Assembly (NCBI GenBank): GCA_951406725.2
Contig: OX597820.1
Span: 36,084,001 to 36,148,000 of the forward strand
Source of the DNA: Octopus vulgaris
Taxonomy: Eukaryota
Reading direction: 5' to 3'
Length of the DNA: 64,000 nucleotides
Shown here: positions 13,917-27,457 of the stretch, piece by piece
Layout: each line of letters begins with the position of its first letter
How positions within the stretch are numbered: the first letter of the stretch is position 1
Program-made: the position numbers and the translations under genes
Notes under the pieces: generated by a model
Databases searched by the model: none
Told to the model about the DNA's origin: nothing
Seen by the model: only the letters and a program-made list of their open reading frames with translations

Positions 13917-14904
13917 ACTAACAGCAAGCCCAGTTTCACCCGGTCTGTTTCGATGATGTGGCTGTGATCATTTTCGGTTAGGCATAATCTATAACAGCGT
14001 TTCTCAACCTTATCATTTCGGATCCCTTGTTTCGATTGGAGCCTCCAGCTGTATGAAAATTTTGTCACTCCCCGCCCCTGTCAGAAATCAGCTTCAGGAG
14101 TTGTGAAGAAGTAATTTGTACGTAGTCTGTTTCTGAGAGCTGTTGTATTGGACCGCTGTCTAATCATTAAAACATTGATTTAATTATGAACATAGAAAGA
14201 AATTATACACTAATCCTTATTTTTTTTTTTAGCAGTTGTATCCGAAAAAATTTTATTTGCAGGGAGCAGAAATTGAAAGAAGATATATGAAATGGACGTG
14301 TATGTGTGTGTGCGTGTGTGTGTGCGTGCTTGCGCATGTGTATGTGTTTACGATAGTTGATTTATGGAAAAGATTGTTAAATGTTTGAAATGGAAATATG
14401 TGAAGGAAAATTAAGTTCAGACCTCTACATGGTAGCTAGTCCCGGTAGAAATAGCAGCCAAATTTCCCTACTGTCTTAATCCGACAATTCTGCCTATTAT
14501 GTAGTTGAATGAGAAACTGTAACTAAAGATTAAGATTATTAACCCCACAAAGAGGTGAAAGAAGAGAGACAGCATAGCGAAAGTTTTGGCTGACTGTCAT
14601 CCTGTACTCCCCTTGTTGCTAGCGAAATGGTATATGCCGGCTGTGTGAGCAACTGGTTGTTTTAATGGTGGAACCAACAGGGGAATTCCATTAGAAAAGT
14701 TTTAACCGATTTTCTCGTTAAGTATGGGGCCTAGGAAAAAAATACCGCATTCCAATCTATGCAGCCGTCTCCACATGTGTGCCATTTTTCACGCGAATCC
14801 ACCCAGCCGTTTGGCTGTGAACCTCAAGACAAGAAAGAATACAACGATCACCCATGTCCAATTTCTATTACAACAATAGCCCATGTCCAATTTATATTAT
14901 AGAT
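13917..14904 (-). mobile_element. Non-autonomous Helitron
   Basis: Minus-strand 5' end ATCTATAATATAAA at 14904; 3' end ...CCGGGTGAAACTGGGCTTGCTGTTAGT (hairpin plus degenerate CTAG) at 13917. Confidence 0.55.
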
Positions 14905-16763
14905 AATGTTGGTGTATCTCAGGTAACGTGGTTAGAATATGTGGGTTTAAGCTTGGGTAATTATTTTATTACCCCCCGCTTTTTTTTCCATTTAAACATT
15001 TTAGCTTCGTAAATTGATTATTAAAGTGAAAAACACCCAGGAATTTCTGAAGTCAGTTGGTATTAAATGTAAGAATAGAGCCTACCCACAGCGTTATTCT
15101 AACGCAACGCTGCGAAACAATAAGATATGGAACTAATTAGCATTACGTCAAGTATACGCCTTAAAAATCAATTAACGAAGCTTAAATAAAATATGAAGTG
15201 GTCACGGCTGGAACACTTTTGGATCTCACTTGACAGTTTTTCTTTTCGAATGGTTCTCTTTTCCCTTAAAACATTGTAGTTTGTTTCCCCCACCCCTTTC
15301 TAACGTTCTAATATTTTCGATATATATCAATGAAATCCACATAAAAAAGATACATTTCTAAAATTATTTTGAAGTTAAAGATACGGAGGCCCCAGACACT
15401 TATCACACCACTTTCACCCTCATTTTATTAAATTCTAAATTAGTGTTATTAATTAAATATAACTAAAAAGGAAGTTTCGGGTCCCAAGAAATAAAAATAG
15501 GAGCTACTTGGTACCAAAACTTATAAAAAACATTATTCCTTAAGCCTTTAATTGTCCTTAATATGCTCACAGCCTGTTTCATTCATTAACTTTAAAACAT
15601 GCTTTAAATTACTACCGATCTTTGTTATAAATGTTTTGAAGTTACTTCAATTGTTTGTTTCGCTCTTTCTAATAAGTGGTTCACTGTGGGTTGACAGAAT
15701 CGTAAGAGAGTCGGAAACAATGTCTTGTGGTATGCCGATATAAACCCCGCCTTTTCTCCATCCGGGATCAACCCGCCTCCTTTCAAAATTACTGGCATTG
15801 TACCTAAATTAGAAATAATAATTTAAGAAGGCAATGTTTGGGAAAAAAAAAATAATAATAAAAAGGAAAAAGAACGGGGTTTGTAAAGGCGAAACATTTC
15901 AGCTAGGAATAGAAACCGGATCCTAGAGTTGATTCTGCTTTTTATCTTTTTACTTTTTATCAACCACAAACACCGTTAAGTGTAAAGAAACAGTAGCGCG
16001 AGTATGTGGGACTTTCGCCCATGCGAATTGGTGGAACTTATAGAGTATCATAGAACATCGGATATTGCTTAGTTACGCTCTGGGTTCAAATCCCAATGAG
16101 GTCAACTTTACCGTAAATTCTTTTGGCGTCGATAAAAAACAAGTACCAATCCAGGGATGTGGATTGGTGAAATTAGGAGTGTCGGACTGGATGCCTTGCG
16201 TTATTTACTCCGGTTGTTTGCATTCCATGTTCTAATCTCGAAGTAGCTTATTTGGGTGGTAGATTTCACCCATATCCTGGTTTAACACTACTATGGTTAC
16301 TTCGTTAATCTGAACTCTACTTGAATTCTACCTAATACCTTTAGTCGAGTCCACTTTGCTACAAGGCCAGGTCTCCAGTTAGAGGATATCGCCCTCTTCC
16401 TTCTTGATGACTAAGAGATAAAAATAAAAACAAATACGCGTGTATATAACATATATATATATAATATAGATATAGATAGATAATCTGTGTATGTATATAT
16501 ACACTTATATATAGGCGTGTCTGTGTGTGTACGTATGTAAATTTGTGTGTATGTGGGGGTGTGCGCGTATTTTTCAAAACATTTCCGTAATAACTTTATT
16601 ATAATTATTACCAAACTAAAAAAAAAAACAACAACAAATAATGATACATATTTTTTTAAATTTAAACTATGAATTGAGTTTTCATTTAAAAGTACATTAG
16701 AAATAATAGTTAAACTGCTAGCTGCATTGTTCGTATTTTCTGCTGTTTTGTATATGTCTGAAG

Positions 16764-16779
16764 ATGGCAGGTATTAGAG
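16764..16779 (+). CDS. LEPROT: LEPROT/LEPROTL1 (endospanin, Vps55 family) coding exon 1: MAGIR + G
   Basis: ATGGCAGGTATTAGAG|GTGAGT. A 16-nt phase-1 first coding exon matching the MAG(I/V)K start of vertebrate endospanins, with an AAGATGGC (YY1-like) start context. Confidence 0.8.
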
Positions 16780-18373
16780 GTGAGTCATTGCTTTAGTTTT
16801 CAACATTTTTTCCAAGATTTTCCACCTATAACACTTTGTATCTTATTCTCAATACAACAGAATACACGAACAAACGCCAAAGAAATTAACTAAATATTTA
16901 TTTCCACTCGTCAGCCATTGATTTTCGTTCAAATACATTTACTTGTTGCGTTTCTATAACAATAATAATAGTATTAGTATTTGTTTTTGTTGTTTAGCTC
17001 CTGGTCAGTCGTAATAGAAGATGTAGATATTTTAATCAAAAGCTTTCCAAGTATTATTTACCCTTTTTTGAGCATTGTTTACCCTCGGTTACATTATTCA
17101 TAGCATTCTCTCTTGAAAAAAAATTTAGGCTGTGATTTAAGGGGTTTTTAATTGATATTTCTAGCAGGCCGAGCCACTACTTAGAGGTTTCTTTGTTGAC
17201 TTAATTTTTATTTCTGTTATTTTGGCACAATGCGAAGTGCGTTGAACAATATTCCATAATGATGGTTTAGCTTCGTGTCTGTTTGAAATGTTGAAGTTGA
17301 TTTTTATCATTCATTCTTCAGTAAATAAGTAACCGTAAAAGATGAAGTCGATTTAATCAACTGTTTGCATCAACCAAGATTCTGTGGCCTTGTCATTAAA
17401 GTTACATATCAGTATTGCTTTTAGTTTGGCTACATTTAATCACAATGACTGCGAGAACACCGTGCCAAACAACAAGGGAGCCCCTTACGCAGCCTCTCAA
17501 AATTCTAGAAATAACAGTCATATCTACCTCGAATCATATCCTAACGTTTTATAATGAAGGAAATGCTGGACTCAGTAGAGCCTGATATATGTATATATAT
17601 ATATATATAGGGATGGATTAGTCATGATTAGAACGTCTTTGATCATAGTTTTCCTCGATCCGAGCTAAATAACAACCTCATATGAAGCTCGTCTAGCTCA
17701 CCCTATTATGTTCTGAAGAAAATAGTGAACGTCAAACCATCACGTTTCTCCATCTAAAATATGAGACTTTGTTCCTAGTTGATAAAATAAAATATGTATT
17801 TTTGCTTTGTCACAATTGCCAACTTTGGTACTCTTTACACCAAATACGAAAAACTGTTATTGACGAACCATTGGGACAGGTTCTACATGGTTGTTCACTC
17901 TGTTAGAAATAACAGCCAAATCTCGATCAAATTACGTCCTACCTTCTTTAAAAAAATGGTTTGTATATATTAGATAATGTTGTCCCAGGTAAACTTTTCC
18001 TGCCAAAAAAGATGGAATGGTAACAGCTTTATAGTCTTAGATCAAAATTTACTTGGGACGAAACAATTGATATTATTTGCCATTACCACAAATGTGACGG
18101 TGCTATCCGTACATTGGTGGTAAACTGGAGAATCAAAACAGTGGCTTGGTTTTGATTCTAGCTGTAGATTTTTAATTTCACTTACACGACTAGTAGCAGA
18201 ACACGACTTTGAGCCATTTAAGATACTTTTGAATGGTCACTAAACCTATTAGAATAACCATCTTTTAATGTCCATCTTTGCTGGCATTGATTGGATGATC
18301 TGAAGGATCTGGTTGGTCCAAGGATTATATTGCGCTCCAATGCTTGCTTTGGCTTGGTTTCTAAGGTTGGATG

Positions 18374-19639
18374 TATCAGGTTATTAAGAATGAAATGTCT
18401 GATTTTCTTATACACCAAGTTAACTCTAATGTTTTATTCTGACAATTCTGTCTTACAACATTGAGGAGTTACATCATAACTTTTCGAAATGCAATTCATG
18501 GTGCCTGATTATATTGTGAGTTTTCTCTTGTAAATCAATTTTTGTGAACCCATGGATAGATAAAAAATTCGTATTGTTTATGAATATGAGTTCCATCGTG
18601 GAACCAATGCATCTCAGGCAGCTCAAAACATCAAAGAGGTGTTTGGTGAAGATATGGCAAATGAACACACTGTACGTCGATGGTGTGAAAAGTTCCAGTT
18701 TTGTGACTTTACTCTTGAAAATCAGCCCCATGGTAGACCTGATACAAAGGTGGATAATGATGACCTGGAAACTGTACTGGAAGTGGATACATCTCAAAGT
18801 ACGTATGAGTTAGCAGCAAAGTTTGATGTTTCCATTTGCAACTGTATTGGACCATCTGAAACAAATCGGCAAGGTAAAAAAGCTGTACAAGTGGGTACCA
18901 CACGAACTGAACAAGCATCAAATGACACATTGTCCTGAAACTTGCTGTTCTTTACTGTCACAGCATAAAAGCGAACCATTTTTGCATCATATTAAGTGTG
19001 ATGAAAAATGGATTCTTTTCAACAATAGTAAGCTTTCTGCACAGTAGTTGGATAGATGAAGTGTCAAAACACAATCCTAAAAAGAATATTCACTAAAAAA
19101 AGATAATGGTGTCTGTTTGGTGGTCCAGCGCTGGTGTCATCCACTACAGCTTCATAAGACCTGGTAAATCAATTACAGTGGATGTATACATCAACCAATT
19201 GGATGAAATGGTGAGTGAACTTGCAATTAAGCAACCAAGATTGGTCAACAGAGACAGGCCATTTCTCTTGCAAGGCAATGCTTGATCACATGTTGCACAA
19301 AGAACACTACTCAAGTTACAGTAACTGAACTTGGAAGTACTCTGTCCTCCATCATATTCATCAGACATTGCACCAACTGACTATCACGTTTTCCAGCCAT
19401 TAAGACAACCTGCAAAAAATTTCATATCTGAAGAAGATGCAAAAACAGCCTTTCATGATTTCTTTATCTCTTGTTCTTCAGAATTCTCCACTGCCGGCAT
19501 AAATAAGCTACCGATAAAATGGCAAAATTGTGTTGATGATTTAGATGCATACTTTGATTTACTTCATTGCTTTTTGTTGAGATGAAGTAAAATAAACTTT
19601 CAGTTCAAAATCAGGCATTTCATTCTTACTGACCCGATA
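18374..19639 (+). mobile_element. Full-length decayed mariner (Tc1/mariner) transposon
   Basis: Imperfect ~31-bp TIRs (TCAGGTTATTAAGAATGAAATGTCTGATTTT / AAAATCAGGCATTTCATTCTTACTGACCCGA) flanked by TA, 1.27 kb long. Transposase motifs TVRRW, WVPHEL, CDEKW and YSSDIAPTDY are broken by stops and frameshifts. Confidence 0.92.
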
Positions 19640-22600
19640 TTTTCTAATGCCAACTCCTTTATAGCTTGTACTGGGTGCTATCATCAGAACTAATGAGATT
19701 GTCATGCAGCTCCCAAGATTAAGATCTTCAACTATGTGGGGCTACATTAGAGAGGGGAGGTAGCTTTATGCTAGGAGCTAAAAGGTTAAAAGTATGAGAG
19801 AAAGGAACAGAACAGGTCTTTTGCTGTAGAGGAGTCACATAACTACTCACATTATAGAAAAGAGATTAAGATATAAATCTCTTATCTTGCACTGACCTTT
19901 TAAAAGAGGCAATTGCACATTAGATAGATAATATAGTTCTAGATATACTTCTCCATCTTTGCATGCACAGGACTTAAATGTCTCTTCATATTCTCTCCTC
20001 CCATTGGCATGCTGGAATTAAAAGTGAAGAATCATCAGCTGAAATGCTTGTGCACCTGGTTTAGGACCTCTCAAGCCTGTCACTTTTTTTTCTTTTTGAC
20101 CACTTTTCCTGTGAGGAAGTGGAATTCAAAACAAACAGAGCTGAGATGGATACTACAAAGTATATCCTCCAGTGCTCTAGTACTCCACCTATTCTCTACT
20201 CTGAACTGGTTCTTCATTTATTGATCCTGAAAGGATGAAGGTTGATCCAGGCATGATTTGAACTCAGAATGCAGAGAGCCAAAGTAAATACCATAAGGCA
20301 TTCAACCTGATGTGCTAATGACTTAGCAAACTTGATGCTCGTATTTGCTATATGATATTGCAGAAGTCAGGATAGTTACAGATGGGTTGTCTTTTATCAT
20401 AGGTTTGTTCAATCTGGTCTAACTTGGGTTAACAACAATAATGACTTCACTCCCAGTGTTTGGTGTCTGATGTTGGTAACTGTAACAAAGGTGGATGAAT
20501 AATAGACGAAATAGTTTCAGATACTTGAATTATCAGTTCTAATTTCAAATCTTTCTTGGTTATCTTTGACTTTCATTTCTCCAGTATCAACAAATTAACT
20601 AGCAGTCATACAACTGTTCATTCAGGACTTGGGACTATATAACAATAACACAAATTTAGTGTGTGAGGACGAGGAGAGGGGACATATTAACAAGCCATTA
20701 GCCTTTTGTGTTTTAATCTGTGAAGTTCAGAGTTTCAGTTCCTGGTTGTATTCAGTTTTACCACTTGTATCACTTGGAGTGGGGTGGAAGAATAAATGTT
20801 CTTTAGCTCTAGGCCAGTCCTGTTCAGGCAGACCTTTGTTCAAAAGCATTCCATTCATCTTTTTCAGGGGCATGTATAACTACATTTTCTGATGTATTCT
20901 TTCTTTATTTAAGACAGTTGGGTATGATATAAAGAAAGTTCACTGCTATTTCTAGCAGGTTGAATAACTACATAAATTCTCCCTTAACATACATGTAGTT
21001 GATGTTAAATATAATTTATAAGTTTTGTTGATCTGACCAACCAAACTCATCATCATCATCATCATTTAACATCCGTTTTTCTTGCTGGCATGGGTTGGAT
21101 GGTTTGACAGGATCAAACAAGCTGGAGGACGTATTGAACCCCAATGTTGAAAACTAACTTCTACACTACTGTACATAGTTGTTGGTTTATTTACATTGCA
21201 GTTGGTGAACAAATAATATAATTGGTTACATCAAGCTAATACTGTTCTTTTGCACATCCACATGTTCATTTTATTTTTTCATGTTTTTATTTGAATTGAC
21301 TATTTACTGCATACTCACACGAACCATCCTTGTCCTTCTAACTGAATTGGATCACCTGATTCATGGATTTCTTACACTACCCTTGGATTACGTTACCTTT
21401 TAATTCATTCGGAGTATGATGTTTCTGCACCTTTTGATTATGTGTGTTTGTGTATATTCTTGTGTTAGCAATTACATGATAATTGTCGGTAAGCATCCCC
21501 ATCATACAAACAATGTTGTCCATCTCCAGTCTTCCATGCAAAGCATATCTGGCCATCAGGAAGCAATGCTTGGAATCAAGTGAACGGTGGCAATAGGAAG
21601 GCCATCTGGTGATGGAAAATATTGGCCTCAACAAATTCTGTCTGATCCATGCAATCATGGAAAAGTGGATGATGAAATGATAACAGTGATGATGATAACT
21701 ACACTCAACATCAGGTTGAACTGCAGATTAATGTGAAGTTTATATTAAATCTTATAGTGACTGAATGATGTCTATGATTGTCAGTTCTATAGATTTAACA
21801 CCAGTGCTTGACTTTTACAACTAAGTGACCCTAGTCAATATCTTCAATACAATTTCATCTTTGAACATCATATTAGTCTCACCATTGGTCATTGTTTAAT
21901 TGATTCCCGTGACAAAGCTGTACATCCACAATGCTGTTTTTTCTAAACTTCTAATGGTGATTCTCAATTAGTCTAATTCCTCACTCTTGGTTAGACCTGC
22001 TTAGGGCAAAACTTAGCAGTATAGCTCTTTTGATCATTGGGGTATGTAAACCCCTTTATCTCCACATGTTACTTATTTTATTAATCCCCATGTGGAAAGA
22101 AAGGCAATGCACAATATACAACAGCAGAATGTAAATGAATGTGTGGTTGTGAAATTTGTTTCTGAACCGTATAACTTCTGCTTTAGTCCCACTGTGCAGC
22201 ACCTTGGGCAAGTGTCTACTATTAAAACTCCAGGCCATATAAAACCTTGTGAATAGATTTGGTAGATGAAAACTGAAAAAAAACCCCCTGTTTGTGTGTG
22301 TGTGTGTGTGTGTGCTTGCATTCCCTTATCATCTTGACATATGATGATGCATTCCTTTATTATCTTGACAATTGTAAACAAGTGTCACTGTCATCCAAGC
22401 AGTGTTGTTTGTTCCTAGTCTTTCATGAAAACATGTCTGGCCAAGGGGAAATATTTATCTTATTGAGAAACAGATGAATGTTAGCAACAGGAAGGACATC
22501 ATACCATACAAAGTCAGCCTCAACAAATTCTGTCTGATCTATGCTAGCATGGAGAAAAGGACACTAAAGTGATGATAATGACACATGGCACTGGACTAGA

Positions 22601-23289
22601 TGTCGTTAATCTTGCACTTCACCCTCTGCACAACCTCCCATTGTATTAAATGTTAACAAATGGATCTACTTCACTCTGAAATCATCTGAAGTACACAACA
22701 GCTGTAATTGGTAATATTTCATAGCAACTAAAAAATGTTTGGCTTTTTTTTTGCTTGAGTTCTATTTATTTTATTTATTTGTTTTTGTTACTGTTCTTCC
22801 TCTTCACCCAACTGCACACTGAGACAATGAATTAGCTCAAACAGTTGCCAAACTGTTTGAGAGCTAATTGCTACAGCCATGGAGTAGAGGCCATTTCACC
22901 CTCACTTCAACTATATTTATTCTGACAGTGTCAATAAAAACTTTTAACAATAAATCTGTTGGTGGCAATAGAAGCATCACAATTTGAATTGCTGGTATCA
23001 ATTCAAAGATGTATTTGTTTGTCTAATTGTAACATGTCTAACATTCCTTCCACACACCCCTACTTTAGTCATGATTCATTCAGTCTCACTACACATCCTT
23101 GTATCTTTGTATCTAATTTATATGCTGTTCTTCTCTAAAGCTGCACTCGTGACAAACCACTCCTTTTTATTGTGGAACCATGTTTTATGTTAGTTCCATC
23201 TTCCACATTTATTATTGTTTCTCTACTACTTAAATTCGTTTTCTAATTGTCTACTTAAATCAGGCCTCATCAGCAACTTCAACATCCAT

Positions 23290-23486
23290 TTAACTCTTTA
23301 GTATTCAGATTACTGTTAAATGTAGTGCTTATTTATTCACATTGTTTTCAATTAATTATATTTTGTTTTGTAGTTTTGAGAATGACATTGTATAGTAGGT
23401 GTGAGAAGCTAGATCTGGATGGTTTGAACATAAAACAAGTAGACTATTTTGGCTGGATATGGTCAGTTTAAAAGCCAAAGGGTTAA
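23290..23486. mobile_element. piggyBac-like MITE
   Basis: Ends TTAACTCTTTAG...CCAAAGGGTTAA: TTAA target plus imperfect CCCTTT-type TIR. Confidence 0.55.
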
Positions 23487-25969
23487 GTCTTATCTTTTCC
23501 AAGTTGTAAAAACTAATGAAACACTCAATAGTTATGCAGTGCTCCTACTGTGGATTATATATATATATATATTTTAAGCTCTTATATGTTCTCTGTCTAG
23601 TTGATGGTGCTAGTTAGTCATTCTTGAAAGGGTCGGTCTTGACTCAAGACACTTGTCCAGTGTGTCTCAAAATTTTTCATAATTTCCTACCTTTGACTGC
23701 CATCTATGTTGGAGCCTTTGTTAGAAATCAAACTTTCTATAAACTAGTTTAGTATGTCTGTATGACCATAGCTACAAGCAAACTGTGTGGCACTGAGAAG
23801 ATAGTATACAAATGTCAGCGGGTTGTGTGTAGCTGAGGGCTGTGAGGAACCATGGGAAAGGATTGGGGAGCGGGATTTTGTGGTGGTGAGCAAAGTTATG
23901 CACAGAGTGATGTGTCATTATAAACAGGGTTGTAACTAGTTGCGGACAGGGTTATATGTGGTTGTGGGCAGTATTTGGGTGTATATTTGTTAATGTGAGC
24001 AGAGCACTGCTTATGCATGCGCGTGCATGTGTGTCAGTAGAGTATTTGATTAAAAATGAGAGAGTGAATACTTTTTATTTAACAATGTTCTGTTACCAAC
24101 TATGATAACATTAATCTTTTTTTCTTTTTCATATTTCCTTCTGTGTTTTGAATTGCAGCGTGAGTATTATTGCTTTTATTCTCCTATTAATGTTCATGTA
24201 ACTTTGTTGATTTTGAAGGGTCTGAGTTTACATCTCATTCCTGGTATTGCATGTAATGTTCTTGGGGAAAGATATTGAACTTTATTTCTCCTAGTCTCAG
24301 ACATTGTAGTTTTCCTGGATTACAATATGGCTGTTGATTAGTAATATTTCCTGGTTGGCATTGTGAAGGTACCTTTGTATTGTGTATGTAAACATGAAGG
24401 AAGGGCAGCACCCACAACCTGAGTAAGAACTCTGAGACTAATGGTCGAGAAAGGGAGCAGGAAACCTTGATATAGATTACTTTCATAGGAAGCATAACAT
24501 AAAGATATTGTGTTGTTCTCAGATCAGTGACCTGGTCTGAATCCCAGAAACTACATGGACTCTGCTAAAGGCACCCAAGGGTTGGATGATGATCTTAAAC
24601 AGGGTAATAGATTTTTTTGTTGAATTAATTTTATTCACAGGTCAACCTTTGGCTAAGATAAAAGGCACTCACTCAAAGTGCTCTTCAATGGGTTTGAACT
24701 CCTCAAAAGCATTGATGAGGAGTTATGTATGGTCTAACCAGAGAGATGAGCTGACGTGTGTGTGTGTGTTAGGTGGCACATAGTTCACTGTGCTCAAGCT
24801 ATTTCTATGATTCGTACTGGACCATTCCATATGGGCTTGTTTGCCAGATTGAGGATTTCCTTCTCCTTTTCTTACACCAGTCTCTGAGCAATGTAGAGGA
24901 TCATGGGTGCTATCTTTCCCACTGACTAAAATATTGTGTGTACGTGTTTATGTATGTATATATACGTTTATATGTGCATAAATATCAAGACTATGAAAAT
25001 GAGTGCTCAACACCTCATTGGTGGATAAAGATTCTTTATTTGTTGATTAAGGCTACCATTGGTTTCATGTTAATGAAGCCCTTAACAATTATCCAGCTCA
25101 TTACATGGATCATCGGTGTTCATCTCCATTCTGGACTTGATAATTGTTTAGGGCTTTCTTTACATGAAAAATCAATGGTAGCTTTAACCACAAATATATA
25201 TATATCTATATCTATCTGTCTGTCTGTCTGTCAATCAATCAATCAGCACTATATCTTCGACAGATGTGTGGGGACTACCAAAATTGACAAACATTTGAAA
25301 GCTGTTTCTTGCAGTTTTGATAACCTGTTTTCCTTCAAGAACCTCATCAACTGATATTGTTTATTCCTTCTCATATAATCAATACTTTTAATTAACTTGG
25401 TAATGATCACTGTATAAAATATGTCAATGTTAACTGTTGTTTTTTTTTCTTCTCACTACATATTTATTTCCATTTAGCTTTTTTACACTCCATATATTGA
25501 TTATATTATCATTAAAACTACCTTAATACAAAAGCATGTATTTCATTCCTGATTAAGTGGTTAGTTTTAGGAGAGAGATTCAGCTGTAAAAATTCATGCT
25601 CTGATGAATTTTTACAATTTATTTGAATATCACTATTTAAAATTTATTTTTCTATGTTGGAAAACATTAGGAAAATTAATATATTATACATAAAATATCA
25701 TGCAATATTGGTGTGTAAAACCCAATATTGCGAGTTCTTTGATGTTTCTAAGCAAAGTTTTTAAGGGTCTGATAGTTTTTCAGATTTGTACATTTTTATA
25801 TTGTTTGGTATACTGTTATTGTACCTTACTACTAACTACTCAACTATAATGTACAAGCCCCTTGGAGAGTTTCACCAGCCAATGAACAAACCTCTATGTG
25901 GTTGCTTGGTCTGTTGAAAATACCAGCTGAATCTCCTTTAAATCTTAGAAAAAGAGGGAAGCATTATAT

Positions 25970-27266
25970 TGTAGCAATATCGTCTCTCAGTGCTATCTTC
26001 ACTGTTTGAGAAGAGTATATAGAATGACCTCGGTCGAGATTACAAACAGCTTTGGCTAGTTCAACATTGATGTAAACACTTATTCGATTGGCTGACACGT
26101 TGGTCTCTACTACGCTCGCACCGCTGGTTATAACTTGGCGCAAAATGTCTCGACTTATTTTCGCGCCATAGTTCCAAGCAGCCAATCACAGCTTTCCATT
26201 TCGGAAGTTCATTGGGAGCCATGTAAAGCCTATAAATAAGGTTTCTCAGAAGAATATTCGTCTTAGGTTTCCAGTCCTTCTCAGGGCGAACCTCTGACCA
26301 CACAGAGCTCGTCTTAGGTTTCCAGTCCTTCTCAGGGCGAACCTCTGACCACACAGAGCTCGTCTTAGGTTTCCAGTCCTTCTCAGGGCGAACCTCTGAC
26401 CACACACAGCTCGTCTTAGGTTTCCAGTCCTTCTCAGGGCGAACCTCTGACCACACACAGCTCGTCTTAGGCTTTTAGTTCTTTTAAGAACTAAGTCTCT
26501 GACCACACAGAATACTCGACCAAGTTCCAGTTTCGAGGTAGGCGACCACCATTAATACAAGATGTTACAGATACCTCTCATACTGTTAATGTGAAATATC
26601 ACCATGAAGAAAACGGTTACAAGATATCTATAACTAGAGAAAAATAACCAAGCAGAAAATAATGAAGAAGCAGCAAGAACCAATCGACAAACATCGAAGA
26701 TTTAAATTGTACACGAGACAACTACAGATTCAACTATAGCGGTTAGGTGAAATTCTCGCCACGAAGAAAACGGCTACAGTAACATGTCTGGAAGTATATT
26801 CATATCAAGAGAAAGATAAACACAACGAGTGATTCAATTAATCTCAACTGCGACATGCAATATCTTGATATGGGACTCTTATAGTGTACCTCATAAACGG
26901 TAAATCAATTATCTGTTCTTGGGTTCTAGTTTCTTCTAAGAACTACCTTAAGCCATCTGTTATTACCTGTTGCCAAGCCGATACCAACAACATTAACTGT
27001 GAATCAAATCCCATCGTCATTTTCACTGGTCAGTTACCTTTTTACGCCTAACGAACACACAGACACAAAAACATGCAAACACTTACAAACTTCCAACATC
27101 AAACATGATTGTAAAATATGTAAAATAAATAATGTATATATCTTAAAAAGAAACCTTGTTGTCATTCCAAACTTACATGTATTACTTGGTCTAAAAAATT
27201 ATTAAGAATGGGATCGCGTGCGACTGTTACTTATACGGTACGACCAAGCGAGATAATATTTTTATA
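25970..27266 (+). repeat. LTR 1 (1297 bp)
   Basis: CCAAT at 26182, TATAAATA at 26231, four 51-nt units, AATAAA at 27124; followed after 1 nt by the PBS. Confidence 0.85.
26258..26510 (+). repeat. 51-nt tandem array in LTR1: 4 units plus 1 diverged terminal unit
   Basis: Unit TCGTCTTAGGTTTCCAGTCCTTCTCAGGGCGAACCTCTGACCACACA(G/C)AGC. Confidence 0.95.
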
Positions 27267-27267
27267 C

Positions 27268-27277
27268 TGGTGACCCC
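27268..27277 (+). other. Primer-binding site, tRNA-Trp type (second copy 28909-28918)
   Basis: TGGTGACCCC equals the first 10 nt of the established tRNA-Trp PBS TGGTGACCCCGACGTGAT and lies 1 nt after the LTR end. Confidence 0.75.
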
Positions 27278-27457
27278 TTTAATACGCAGGACTTCTGATA
27301 TACTGCGCGGCCAACGGTAGACATAAGTTAAGGAATTGACACAAGGGAACGCTGAAGGATGAACTTTTTAAGAAAAACAAAAAAAATAGATATATATATA
27401 ATAATGTCAATTTTATCGCCGTTTTGTCGTAGACAAAACGTCTGGTGAGAGGCTATA

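Noticed and set aside
18544-19585. Active or domesticated (SETMAR-like) transposase
   Set aside because: Multiple stops and frameshifts, a mutated catalytic motif (QGNA*), diverged TIRs and no SET-domain exons seen.
26258-26461. Hammerhead ribozyme in the 51-nt unit (minus strand CTGAGAA...GAAACC...GGTC), i.e. a retrozyme
   Set aside because: The core deviates from CUGANGA at G8, and neither stem I nor stem II can pair.
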